This document shows positions 50,608 to 60,546 of a DNA stretch of 64,000 bases, in pieces. This stretch comes from Nitrosopumilus sp. (GTDB lineage: Archaea; Thermoproteota; Nitrososphaeria; Nitrososphaerales; Nitrosopumilaceae). The DNA lies in the NCBI GenBank assembly GCA_965214775.1, contig OZ243974.1, forward strand, positions 928,001 through 992,000, read 5' to 3'. Position 1 is the stretch's first letter; the number at the start of each line of letters is the position of its first letter. A program made the translations under genes and the position numbers. The notes below the pieces were generated by a model. The model worked only from the letters and a program-made list of their open reading frames with translations, was not told the origin of the DNA and did no database searches.

Positions 50608-51741
50608 TAGTATCTACGTCAGCCATTTGTTCATCTTTACCACCTTTATCTCGCCCCTGCGCGTCATACTGCGCAGTGATCTCTGCATCTCCTTGACGGT
50701 CTTGTAAAGGCAGTTTGAAGTCGCCTTTTTGAACCCGCGCCACTGCCCCTCCGAGTTGTTAAGCTCCGGCGCGTACGGCGGCAGGTACTTTAGCACCACG
50801 TCCCCGTTCCACTTGGCCATCTTTCTATTGAGTTCTGCTGACTTGTGGTACGATGCGTTGTCGACAAACAACAACACCTTGCCGTACTTGCGGCGCAGTG
50901 TCCTGAGAAACTTGTAGAACGTTCCCGTGTTGGCCTTTTCGTAAAAGCGATAGTCAAACCTGTTTCTTGAGAGGGCCCCTATGACATAGAACCGCTTCCT
51001 AGACAGGCTGACGGGCGTATAGACCGGCTCTCCTACGGGGTACCAGCTGTTCTTGACGTTCCATCCCAGTATGAACATGGACTCGTCGCCTATCATTACC
51101 GTGTACCCCTTTTTTGAATAGTACTTTGCGCTCTGCCTAGCTTTTTTTTGAACTCCTTTTTCTCGGATTCTGAGGCTGATTTTGGGTGTTTTGGCCTGGG
51201 CTTTCTGCATGAGAAGCCGATTCTGTGCAGCAGGTCGTACATGCTCGTTTCTGCATACGTGATGCCGAACTTCTTTTTGACGTGGGCAATGACCAGCGGC
51301 CCTGTCCATGTTGTGGCCTTAAAGCCGCAGTTGTCCGGGCCCTTGATCAGGTCTGCGCGCAGCCGTTCAAGCTGTTTCTTGTCGAGCCTGCACGGGGCGC
51401 CATGCTTTATGTCAAACCTGCCCTCCAGGCCATGCTTGTGCGCACGCACCAGCCAGTATCGTACGGTTCCATACGGCCTGCTCAGCTTCTCGGCAATATC
51501 ATATATGCTCGCGCCGCACTTTCTCATGTGGTATGCAAGGAGCCGGATTGCCGCCTTGGCGTCCTTCTCGGACTTGTGCATCCTAAAAAGCTCGTCCTTG
51601 CTTGCTATCCCGTACAGGAACGCTGTTCCCGTCGGTAATTCCTTCTTTCCTTTCATGTGTATATATGGGACTAATAGCTCTTAGATCCTTTGGTTGAAAA
51701 AAATTGTCCTTTTTGTGATCAATTGGTAGCCGAGGATACTA
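50608..51741 (-). mobile_element. IS630-family element; transposase split into ORF A (51096-51656) and ORF B (50614-51309) by an A8 slippery site at 51142-51149
   Basis: HTH ORF (TWTGP, GFSCRKPRP); DDE motifs GDES, VDNASYH, LPPYAPELN.SE; imperfect ~26-bp TIR starting TAGTATC; TA at both ends. Confidence 0.92.
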
Positions 51742-52052
51742 CGCACGAGGAGAGCATGTTTCTTCCGCCATCTGCAACATGTTCATATGTGTGCGGGTTG
51801 TTCTCAAGATCGCGGCACTGTCTGGATTTTTGTTTTGTCAACGAAAACCACGGGGCCGCACAGTAATTGATCTGTTTGCAACTGCCGGTTTTGTCAGGAT
51901 GGTCTGATTCCTTGGTCTTCTGCCTGACCGGGGTACTTTTCACTTGGCTGTATTCTTCAAAAAATTTTTACGAGTAAAAATTGATCAAATGTGAACAAAA
52001 AGGCCAAACCGAGATCTGAGGAGCTGTTAAATAGCAGATTTTTCTGATAATT

Positions 52053-52613
52053 TTGAGGAATTTGCGATCGTTGGATGTATATGACACTATTTACTTAACT
52101 TTGGCCGCCAATGGCAATACAATAAGAGGACGAACCACTATTCACAAACTAATCTATTTTGAATTGCAAAAAATTCCTGAGCTAGACATAGAGCCACACA
52201 TTGCGTATTTTTATGGCCCGTTTAACATCCAGGTTGCACAGGGGTTGGAGACATTAGTTCATTTAGGCGCCCTAGATGAACGAAGATCACGTAAAGACAG
52301 CTCTTATGAATACACAATATTGGATGAAAGAACTCCCACATACAAACGATTAATCAAAGATAACAAAGAAATTTATGAAAAAATCAAAGATATTGTCCAA
52401 ACGTGTTCTGATTACTGTAACTTGAATGTAAATTCACTTTCTTTTGCTGCCAAGGTGCATTACATGCTGTCTAAACAAGAGCGCAAAAAGGGAATGACAG
52501 AAAAAGAAGCCAGTGACATGGCAAGCAAATTCGGTTGGGATATTACAGAAAAAGATGTTAAATCTGGTGCTGAATTATTACGAGAGCTCAACCTTGTCAA
52601 AATTAAACGATAA
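52053..52613 (+). CDS. YwgA/SocA(Panacea)-like winged-helix protein, putative antitoxin/regulator
   Basis: IRGRTTIHKLIYF and YFYGPFN.QV...LE.L...G motifs; overlaps the HD gene start by 20 nt. Confidence 0.7.
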   Translation: MRNLRSLDVYDTIYLTLAANGNTIRGRTTIHKLIYFELQKIPELDIEPHIAYFYGPFNIQVAQGLETLVHLGALDERRSRKDSSYEYTILDERTPTYKRLIKDNKEIYEKIKDIVQTCSDYCNLNVNSLSFAAKVHYMLSKQERKKGMTEKEASDMASKFGWDITEKDVKSGAELLRELNLVKIKR

Positions 52614-53979
52614 AAACTATTTTCGACATAAATCAATCAGAGATCCCCTCTATGGATTTATCAATTTATCTAAAAAGGAAATTGAATTAGTTGATTCTCC
52701 TAGTTTTCGACGATTATAGCAACGAGCAGAAATAATTGAGGTTTTTTACGCGTAGTTATGACCTACTTTGACTCAAAGACTTATGCCCGTTGCTATACAA
52801 AACATCAAACAGCTTTCACATGCATATGTAGTATATCCCTCTGCCACTCATACTAGATTTGAACATTCTTTGGGATCCGTTCATATTGCCAATAGAATGT
52901 GCGAACAGTTGGACTTTGACAGTGAGAGGAAAGAACTTGTCAGACAATCCATGTTGCTGCACGATATTGGTCACGGTCCTTTTTCCCACTTGTTTGAACA
53001 CGTTCTTTCTCACATTAACGGAAGCAAATTTGATCATGAGGATATTACCTCATGGATTATTGGCGAGGATCCAGATATCAAATCAATAGTAGGTTCCAAC
53101 AGAGAAAAAATCATTAAAATTTTAAAAAAAGATGATCGTACAAAAGACTGGGAAGATAAAGGCTATTCATTAAACTCAGATATTGTTTCAAGTGGTTTAG
53201 ATGCGGACAAGCTGGACTATCTGCGAAGAGACTCTTATCATATTGGAGCAACATATGGACAGTTTGATTTAGAACGAATCATTCTTACATTGAGACAGAC
53301 TCCAACAGGAAATCGTATTTGTGTAGATCAGAAGGGTAAGGATGCCATTGAAAATTATAGATTGGGAAGATATTTGATGCATGCTCAAGTATACGAACAT
53401 CATGCACGTGTAGCAGCCGATCAAATGTTTCTCAAAGCACTAAAGTTTGCCACAGATGATGAAATTATTGATAAAAAGACACTAACCACTTCCAAATCTT
53501 GCTCTCATAAAAAATTCTTGGACTATTATTTGAAATTAGACGATCGTGGAATTTACCAAATGATTCTTGAGAAAGGAAAATCCAGATCTGCAAAAATTCT
53601 TAACGCGATAAAGTGTAGAAAGTTGCTTAAACGGGCATGTGACTATACATTAGGATCAAAGGAAGACTATGAAGCAAGTGAAAAAATTTTAAGATTGGAT
53701 GGTGAAAAATTTGCAAATGAGCTTGCTGCTGCAACCAAAATAAACCCTGCAGACGTTATTGTTAAAGTATCCAAAATCACGATTAAATTATATGATAAGG
53801 GGGATATTTTGGTTTTACAGAAACGCATTCCATTAGATTTGAATGGCTTGTCCCCAATCTCCTCTGAGAACTCTATCACAAAGCTAATCATATTTGGTCC
53901 TAGAGATGACAAACAGCGAAAAAAACTAACAAAGGAAGTTTCAAATTACCTAAAAATCCCCATGAAAAACATCATATGA
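52594..53979 (+). pseudogene. HD-domain dNTP triphosphohydrolase-like gene (SAMHD1/YwfO type; 434 aa restored) interrupted by MITE C
   Basis: IRDPLYG, FRRL|QNIKQL, HTRFEHSLG, LLHDIGHGPFSH and DADKLDYLRRD motifs. Confidence 0.88.
52717..52795. mobile_element. MITE family C (79 bp) inside the HD gene
   Basis: TAGCAACG...CGTTGCTA with TA duplicated at 52715-16 and 52796-97. Confidence 0.95.
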
Positions 53980-54021
53980 ATGCCTGCCCCACTCGCAATT
54001 TCTGCAAATTTGGCAAAAATA

Positions 54022-54394
54022 GTAACAGGTTGAGCTCTAGAAGCTCAGACGTGAATCTTGCCACTGCTAGTTCTCTTGGGTAGCATCTCCGGCCAGCAGA
54101 ATGATTTGGAAAAAATACAACACATAAAGATCGCAGGATCTGTTTTCTAGGTATTGGTAGTGGATCCTGGCATTGCGGACGCGGACTGGAACAATCCCGA
54201 CCCGGTGCCACTGCGGTCCGTATCCCGAAAAACACAGCAGATTGTGCCAAAATCCAGCTTCCAGAGACCCATCAGACAGATTCGTGCCTGAAATCAGGAA
54301 CAGCTTCCAGAGCCCGGCCTGTTACCATGCAAGGGGTGGAAATTCAGAAAAGCGTGCAGATTGAGTCAAACAGCCGGAATTGCGCGACAACCTC
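54022..54394. mobile_element. Expanded MITE A (54022-54325) followed by the right half of MITE E
   Basis: GTAACAGGTTGAGCTCTAGAAG ... CTTCCAGAGCCCGGCCTGTTAC, then GGAAATTCAGAAAAGCGTGCAG...GCGACAACCTC. Confidence 0.75.
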
Positions 54395-54438
54395 CATACG
54401 ATCTAAGAAAATATAACTCATCAGAGCTATCAGATACC

Positions 54439-54936
54439 ATGCTGAGTATAACATCCGTTTCCGGAAATATTTTTCATGACAGGGGATACGAGTCGCTAAA
54501 GGACAGGGGGTTTGAGCGGTTCAGGGTCTCACGTGCAGAGCTTGAAAAAAGCCGCATCAGAAGGCAGACGGACATGGGAACGGATATCGGCCTGGCCCTC
54601 GCCCCGGGCAGGATCCTGCGCCATGGCGACGTACTGCTGTCAGGTGGCGGGAAGGTCATAGTTGTAGAACAGCTGCCAGAAAAGGTGATCTCCGTCAGGC
54701 TCAAAAACAGCAAGGCGTCCCGGGTCGATCTTCTGGTGCTTGTCGGACACATTATAGGAAACAGGCACAGGCCAATCTCAATAAAAAACGACGTTATCTA
54801 CTTTCCAATCCAGGCAGACTCTGAGCTTGAGGTGTTTCAAAGACTGTTTGCAGGCGTGATCGACGATATCGAGCTGTCGGTTGACGAGATGGTCTTTAGC
54901 CCGCATACGGAGGCAGGTGTACACGACCATGGATGA
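54439..54936 (+). CDS. ureE: Urease accessory protein UreE
   Basis: LRHGDVL, GHIIGNRHRP and His-rich tail HTEAGVHDHG. Confidence 0.9.
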   Translation: MLSITSVSGNIFHDRGYESLKDRGFERFRVSRAELEKSRIRRQTDMGTDIGLALAPGRILRHGDVLLSGGGKVIVVEQLPEKVISVRLKNSKASRVDLLVLVGHIIGNRHRPISIKNDVIYFPIQADSELEVFQRLFAGVIDDIELSVDEMVFSPHTEAGVHDHG

Positions 54937-55624
54937 TCCTGCAGTGGAGCTTGGCATGATGCAGCTGTCCGACTCGTTTTTTCCCACGGGGCTGTTTGCG
55001 ACCTCAAACGGCCTGGAAAGCCTGTTTATGGACGGGAGGGTCACCTCCGCGCACGATCTGGCCGAGTTCAGCAGGGTATGCCTTGAGCAGCAGGTGGGGC
55101 CGTCTGACTGCATAGCCCTCTCAAACGCATATGGTTTTGCAGAGTCCTCAGACCGCGAGGGCATAATGGAGCTGGACGCAATATGCGCCTCCATGCGGAC
55201 GGTAAAGGAGGCCAGGGACGCGTCCCTGAGATCCGGGGCCCAGCTGGCAAGGTGTGTCAGGGGGTTTCAGGGCGGCGACGGGCTCCTAGGCTGGTACTAT
55301 AATGAGATTCAGAACGGGGGCGTCGCCGGCTCCTATCCGGTCTCGCTTGCAGTATGCTGCAACGCGCTTGGAATAAAAAAGGAAAAGGCGCTGCTGATGC
55401 TGCTTTACGGCTTTGTTGCAAGCAACGTGGGCGCCGCACTGCGTCTGGGAATGATCCAGCACCTTGAGGGCCAAAGGGTCATACATGAGTTGAAACCGGT
55501 GATGGCAAGGGTCGCACGGATGTATTCGGGCAGGACGGTCGCGGACATGTGGCAGTTCGCACCGCAGATCGAAATCAACCAGATGTCACATGAGGGGATG
55601 GACTCCAAGATGTTCATCACATGA
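54929..55624 (+). CDS. ureF: Urease accessory protein UreF
   Basis: QLSDSFFPTG.F.TSNGLE, AALRL and H....SKMFIT motifs. Confidence 0.93.
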   Translation: MDDPAVELGMMQLSDSFFPTGLFATSNGLESLFMDGRVTSAHDLAEFSRVCLEQQVGPSDCIALSNAYGFAESSDREGIMELDAICASMRTVKEARDASLRSGAQLARCVRGFQGGDGLLGWYYNEIQNGGVAGSYPVSLAVCCNALGIKKEKALLMLLYGFVASNVGAALRLGMIQHLEGQRVIHELKPVMARVARMYSGRTVADMWQFAPQIEINQMSHEGMDSKMFIT

Positions 55625-56283
55625 GGCGCATCAGGATGACAAGAATCCCGAGGATAGGCATCGGCGGCCCCGTCGGCTCTGGAAAAAGCATGCTTATCGA
55701 GAGGGTCGTTCCGGTACTGGCGGGGAAGGGCTACAGCGTCAGCGTGATCTCCAATGATGTCATCTCAAAGGAGGATGCAGACAGGATGAGGGAGAACCTG
55801 GCCACAAACCGCGGACTGCTGCCCGAGAACCTCGTGATCGGCCTTGCCACGGGGGGATGCCCGCACACGGCAATCAGGGAGGATCCATCGATGAACATCG
55901 CGGTAATAGAGGAGCTAGAGGAGAGCCACCCCGAGCTGGATCTCATCATAATAGAGAGCGGGGGGGACAACATAACGACGACGTTCAGTCCGATTCTTGC
56001 GGATTACTTTATCTACATTATCGACGTTGCAGGGGGCGACAAGTATCCCAGAAAGGGGGGGCTGGGAATCGAGAGTTGCGACCTCTTGGCAATCAACAAG
56101 ACTGACCTGGCGCCGCTCGTGGGCGCGGACTTGGACGTCATGAAAAACGACGCCCGGAAGCTGAGAAAGGACAAGCCGTTTTTGCTCATAAACTGTAAAA
56201 CCGACGAGGGAATAGGGGAGGTGGCTCAGCACATCATCCACGACGTGCTGTTTGACGCGCAGCCAAAGGCCGGCGCCTCCTGA
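55621..56283 (+). CDS. ureG: Urease accessory GTPase UreG
   Basis: GGPVGSGKS, TGGCPH, ESGGDN and NKTD motifs. Confidence 0.96.
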   Translation: MRRIRMTRIPRIGIGGPVGSGKSMLIERVVPVLAGKGYSVSVISNDVISKEDADRMRENLATNRGLLPENLVIGLATGGCPHTAIREDPSMNIAVIEELEESHPELDLIIIESGGDNITTTFSPILADYFIYIIDVAGGDKYPRKGGLGIESCDLLAINKTDLAPLVGADLDVMKNDARKLRKDKPFLLINCKTDEGIGEVAQHIIHDVLFDAQPKAGAS

Positions 56284-56292
56284 CGCAGGAAA

Positions 56293-57219
56293 ATGGACGG
56301 TTCGGATTTTTACACGCCATCGGACGTTCCTGAAAGCATCAGGGCCTTTGACTCCGAGGTAAGGCAGCTGGCAGTCGGAAAGGCCGGAAAAAACGGCTCC
56401 CTGAGGCTGGTCTTTCAAAGTGATCAGAACGGGAGGACCGTCGTGGGGGATCTGTTCTCCGAGGCGCCCCTTCACGTACAAAGGGCGCTGCACTATGACG
56501 ACTCGTGCCCGGACCTAGCATACCTGTACATGGTCTCATCGTCCGGCGGGGTGCTGCAGGGAGACCGATACAGGATTGACATCACGATGAAAAAAAACTC
56601 TAGGGCCCACGTTACAACACAGGGTGCAACCAGGATTTACGGCATGGATTCAAACAGCGCGACGCAGATGATCAACATTACGCTAGACGAGGACTCGTAT
56701 CTGGAGTTTGTCCCGGACCAGATAATCCCGTATCGCAACTCAAGATTCTACCAGAAAACGAGCCTGAGGGTACACGACTCGGCCACCGCGGTCTGCTCAG
56801 AGATTGTTACTCCCGGACGGACTGCAATGAACGAGTCATTTGAGTATGACGTGTGCTATCTCAAGACCAGTGCAAGCAATCATGAAAACGTCACTAGATT
56901 CACGGATGCCGCAAGCCTTGAGCCAAAAAAGCAGGGGCTTTCATCCCCCGGGATCCTTGGGGGCCATGCGGTTGTAGGTTCCGTATACATTCTGACCGGA
57001 AGGCAGAACGCCTCAGGGCTGCACGGGCAAGTCAACGCGGCAATTTCCGAAAGTGCGGGGGTCTTGGGCGGGGCAAGCCTCATGAGAAACGATGCCGGGC
57101 TGCTGGTCAGAATTCTAGGAGACGAGACCGAGCCTGTCAGGGATGCGATTCTGGGCATAGTCGGCTCTGTCAGGAGGGCGGCAATCGGCGCATCGTTTTC
57201 AGGCATTAGAAAGAACTAG
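56293..57219 (+). CDS. ureD: Urease accessory protein UreD/UreH
   Basis: SSGGVLQGD, TTQGATRIY, PDQIIPY and PGRTAMNE.F motifs. Confidence 0.93.
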   Translation: MDGSDFYTPSDVPESIRAFDSEVRQLAVGKAGKNGSLRLVFQSDQNGRTVVGDLFSEAPLHVQRALHYDDSCPDLAYLYMVSSSGGVLQGDRYRIDITMKKNSRAHVTTQGATRIYGMDSNSATQMINITLDEDSYLEFVPDQIIPYRNSRFYQKTSLRVHDSATAVCSEIVTPGRTAMNESFEYDVCYLKTSASNHENVTRFTDAASLEPKKQGLSSPGILGGHAVVGSVYILTGRQNASGLHGQVNAAISESAGVLGGASLMRNDAGLLVRILGDETEPVRDAILGIVGSVRRAAIGASFSGIRKN

Positions 57220-57290
57220 ACGGATGTCTCTGAGGGTGATACGGGAGTTGCTTCCTAGCTCGGCAATCAGTCTGATTTTCTAAATTCTCT

Positions 57291-57436
57291 CCGGAGAGGT
57301 GATCCGAAATTAGAAACCGTGCGAATTTTTCAAGCAATTTCACAGATATCTTGTATTTTGTTGATATTTTGAGTTGTTTTATGCAAATTCGTTCACAAAT
57401 AATCAGAGTCTGCTAATTTTGAATCAACTCTCAGGG
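57291..57436. mobile_element. MITE family J (~145 bp)
   Basis: Imperfect TIR CCGGAGAGGTGATCCGAAATTAG / CTAATTTTGAATCAACTCTCAGGG; inverted copy at 60293-60438. Confidence 0.8.
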
Positions 57437-57647
57437 GCCATCCTGCTACTTCTTTTTCAACATCTGTCGGTATTTACCTAACTCACTCATCTTGTATCCG
57501 TTGACGTTTCCTATTGATGGATTTGATATCTTTACGAGGCTGCAAAGTGGGATCATGTTTGCAATCGCTGAAAAATTTTTGTTTGTTTCAAACGAGTGTG
57601 CGGTTATGAAAATACAACGATGGCAGATCGGTCTTCCTGCAGTGCGG

Positions 57648-59960
57648 CTAGCCGAGCAGGACTACCGGCTTTGAGGTAAGCTTTAGGACCTTCCTGGTCA
57701 CGTGCCCAAGATCATCCCCGGTGCCTCCAAGCCCCCGGCATCCCATTGCAATCAGATCCACGCCCAGCTTGTCTGCCAGCTCGGCAATCTTAACCGGGGG
57801 ATTGCCCAGCTTTACGATTCTCTTGTAGTCATTGATCTGTTTTGGAACCACGATGCTTCTGAGCACCAGGTGTCCCTCCTCCTGCATCTGGGAGCTGAGT
57901 TCCTCATCCATGTTCTCCTCCTGCTCGTCAGGCCAGTCTATGACATGCAGTAGGTAGATCTGCACTCTTGCAGCGCCCCTGAAGAGATAGTTTGCATTGT
58001 CAAGTGCCTTGAGGGATTTTACAGAGCCGTCAACGGGCACTAGGATCTTCATCACGGGGGTAATATCGCCTGAGTCGTCCTCAAATTCCGGCCTGTCGCG
58101 ATACTCATCATCGCCGGTGCTGGCCCTTGAGATGATCTCCCTGATGCTGCTTCTGGCCTCAAGAAACGGCAGGATTATGACGGATCCCGCCGCGCCAAAC
58201 GCCCAGACCACCGCAAGGGCAATCCAGGCCGTAAAGGACTCGATGGAAAAGACGTACTCGGTAAGGTAAAACGACATAGGCCAGACGATTACAAGGAATA
58301 TCGTTATTCCAAACCCGACCCTCTTGCAGAACCTGGATGCATTCTCCAACAGCCTCTCATCGGTGTCGCGCTTTAGCATCGAACGGACCCTGTCGTCGAC
58401 TACGAGGATTTTTTGCTTCAGGGCGCGAAAGTCAAAGTTTTCTGGAACAAGCAGGCTTCCGCCAACGGTGAGTGCAAGGCTGGTCAGTATAGACGTTACG
58501 TTTCCCACAAGCAGCGGAATCGTATTCCCGGTAGATGAGATCGTAACCTCCCCAAACATCAGGCTTGCTGAAAAAATCCATGCGATCACTCCGCAAAGCA
58601 GACCAACCAGCGCCCCGGCCGTTGCCGCGTACCTGTTCGTCTTTTTCCACAGGATTGAAAACGAGATCGGTGCTACTGCAGAGCCGATCAGGATCCCCAT
58701 CATCAGGTATACATACTGCAGGCTGACACCGAACTGAAACAGTATTGACGCCAGTACCCCCATCCCCATGCCAAAGCACAAAATGGCGAATCTGGAAACT
58801 CGGATAAGCTCCCTTCCCGTCGCAGAGGGTTTCAGGTACGTCCTAAAGACGTCATATGTCATCAGGGAGGAGACGCTGACCAGCTGCGAGGAGCCTGCGG
58901 CCGTGACTGCCGTAAAGACGATTGTAAGGATCAGGATCGCCCCCAGATCGCCCATCAGCTGCGCGGCCGCAGTCGGGGCGACGAGTCCAAGGCCTATCTG
59001 ATCCTCGGTCAGCGTGACGCCCGTCGCGACTGCGGCCAGGCCAAGCGTCGTGGCCAGGGCAAACGGGATTGCAAACCACGCAAGCCCCCCCACGATAAAG
59101 CCGCCCGTCGCGGCCCTCGGCCTTGCGGCAATGGATCTCTGCCAGTATGACTGGTCAACGAAGACGGTTCCAAAGTTTCCCACGATGTTGATTATGCCAA
59201 AGATCAAGGCGCCGACTGAGGCAAGGGTCAGGAAGCTTCCCAGCGCGTTTCCCTCGACGGGTGTCAGTGCGGAAGCCTGGCCAAGCTTGTCATACATCCC
59301 GGAGATCCCCCCGATATCCGGACTCACAAAGTAGATTACCGTGACAAAGATCAGTACCACTACAAAGATAAACGCGGTGTTGATGTATTCTGCAAAAAAC
59401 GTCGCCTTTAGCCCCCCAAAGACGGTATAGAGTATTATTCCTAGGGGCAGCAGGAATGCGGCAAGCGTTATGTCCACGCCAGTAAGGGAGTTGACGACTG
59501 CGGCGCCGCCGAGGACAAGCATTGCTGTAACTATGGTATTTGTCATCAGTGCAAAGAACAAAAAGACCTTGTGGGAGTGCCTCCCATACCGGACGTATAT
59601 CATTTCCGGAAACGTGTGGGTCATCGGCGCCTTGCGCTTGAGCTCTATTGCAAGGATCGAGAACAGAATCACCTGGATGCTGGCGCCTGCGGCATACCAA
59701 AACGATCCGGCGATTCCAAACTCAAAGGTCACGGTGGATGACTGCAGCAGGGTTGCTGCCCACGTCCATGCCGAGACTATGGATGAGGCAATCAGCCCCA
59801 TCTTGATGGTTCTTCCCGCCGTGTAGAACCACTCGGATGTTTTTCTCGTGCCAAGCCATTTCGTCTCGGCCTTTACCATCAGGGTGACTGCAAGCGCCAT
59901 GATCAGGCCGACTCCGATCAGCACGAGAAACCCGACATTTTCCGGTAGGATGGATGTCAT
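57648..59960 (-). CDS. dur3: Second Dur3-type urea transporter fused to a C-terminal USP domain
   Basis: SAWTWAATLLQSS and GNFGTVFVDQSYWQR motifs; C-terminal KILVPVDGS...DLIAMGCRG...LGHVT..V...PVVL. Confidence 0.9.
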   Translation of the reverse strand: MTSILPENVGFLVLIGVGLIMALAVTLMVKAETKWLGTRKTSEWFYTAGRTIKMGLIASSIVSAWTWAATLLQSSTVTFEFGIAGSFWYAAGASIQVILFSILAIELKRKAPMTHTFPEMIYVRYGRHSHKVFLFFALMTNTIVTAMLVLGGAAVVNSLTGVDITLAAFLLPLGIILYTVFGGLKATFFAEYINTAFIFVVVLIFVTVIYFVSPDIGGISGMYDKLGQASALTPVEGNALGSFLTLASVGALIFGIINIVGNFGTVFVDQSYWQRSIAARPRAATGGFIVGGLAWFAIPFALATTLGLAAVATGVTLTEDQIGLGLVAPTAAAQLMGDLGAILILTIVFTAVTAAGSSQLVSVSSLMTYDVFRTYLKPSATGRELIRVSRFAILCFGMGMGVLASILFQFGVSLQYVYLMMGILIGSAVAPISFSILWKKTNRYAATAGALVGLLCGVIAWIFSASLMFGEVTISSTGNTIPLLVGNVTSILTSLALTVGGSLLVPENFDFRALKQKILVVDDRVRSMLKRDTDERLLENASRFCKRVGFGITIFLVIVWPMSFYLTEYVFSIESFTAWIALAVVWAFGAAGSVIILPFLEARSSIREIISRASTGDDEYRDRPEFEDDSGDITPVMKILVPVDGSVKSLKALDNANYLFRGAARVQIYLLHVIDWPDEQEENMDEELSSQMQEEGHLVLRSIVVPKQINDYKRIVKLGNPPVKIAELADKLGVDLIAMGCRGLGGTGDDLGHVTRKVLKLTSKPVVLLG

Positions 59961-60097
59961 GGACAGGATCAGTAGTCATGACTCCGGTATTAAAGTGGTG
60001 GTCAAGGCTCCGGCCGGGCGCGGCCTGTCCTTTGAATTCCAGCACTCCCAAAAGTGTCCCACAAGGCCGCGGCTCCATGCTCTTTTTAGCACAGCTG

Positions 60098-60185
60098 TAG
60101 TATCAACATCAAAAAATGGAATATAATTTTGGCACGTCGTGCCTATTTCGCCAAAAAAATATTCGATTTTCAACTGCACGCACTA
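60098..60185. mobile_element. MITE family D
   Basis: Shares ACATCAAAAAATGGA.ATAATTTTG..TCGTGCCTATTT..TTTCAACTG with 6508-6594. Confidence 0.72.
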
Positions 60186-60292
60186 TGGCCCCAAGCGGTT
60201 TTGGCGTGTGTGAAATACGGCAAGAAGAACTCGTCGTCGTGAGGAGCCATATCTGTCAAAATCCTACTTGGGCAGTCCTCCTCATTAGACTG

Positions 60293-60438
60293 CCCTGAGA
60301 GTCGACTCGAAATTGGCAGATCTGATTATTTGTTAACGGATTTGCATAAAGCATCTTAAAATATCAACAAAATACAAACTATCTGTGAAATCACTTGAGA
60401 AAAATTCGTACGGCTTCTAGTTTCGGATCATCTCTCTG
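60293..60438. mobile_element. MITE family J, inverted relative to 57291-57436
   Basis: Its reverse complement aligns over the full length with the 57.3 kb copy. Confidence 0.8.
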
Positions 60439-60546
60439 CCAGCTTGGTCTTCATAGTCATGTCCCACACGCCGCATCCATGGGAGAGGCAAGTCCTTGCC
60501 TAGGCCTTGAAAACATGTTAAATACGAGTCTGCAGTTGTGGAATAA

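Noticed and set aside
50309-50743. 144-aa ORF as a real gene
   Set aside because: It is a chimera of IS630 end sequence and an AT-rich remnant; removing the IS does not restore a convincing long frame.
54361-54438. N-terminal extension of UreE (and small ORFs at 6270-6534, 17035-17238, 18432-18644, 29277-29489, 62278-62574, 63368-63589)
   Set aside because: These frames lie in or begin within MITE sequence and are not independent genes.
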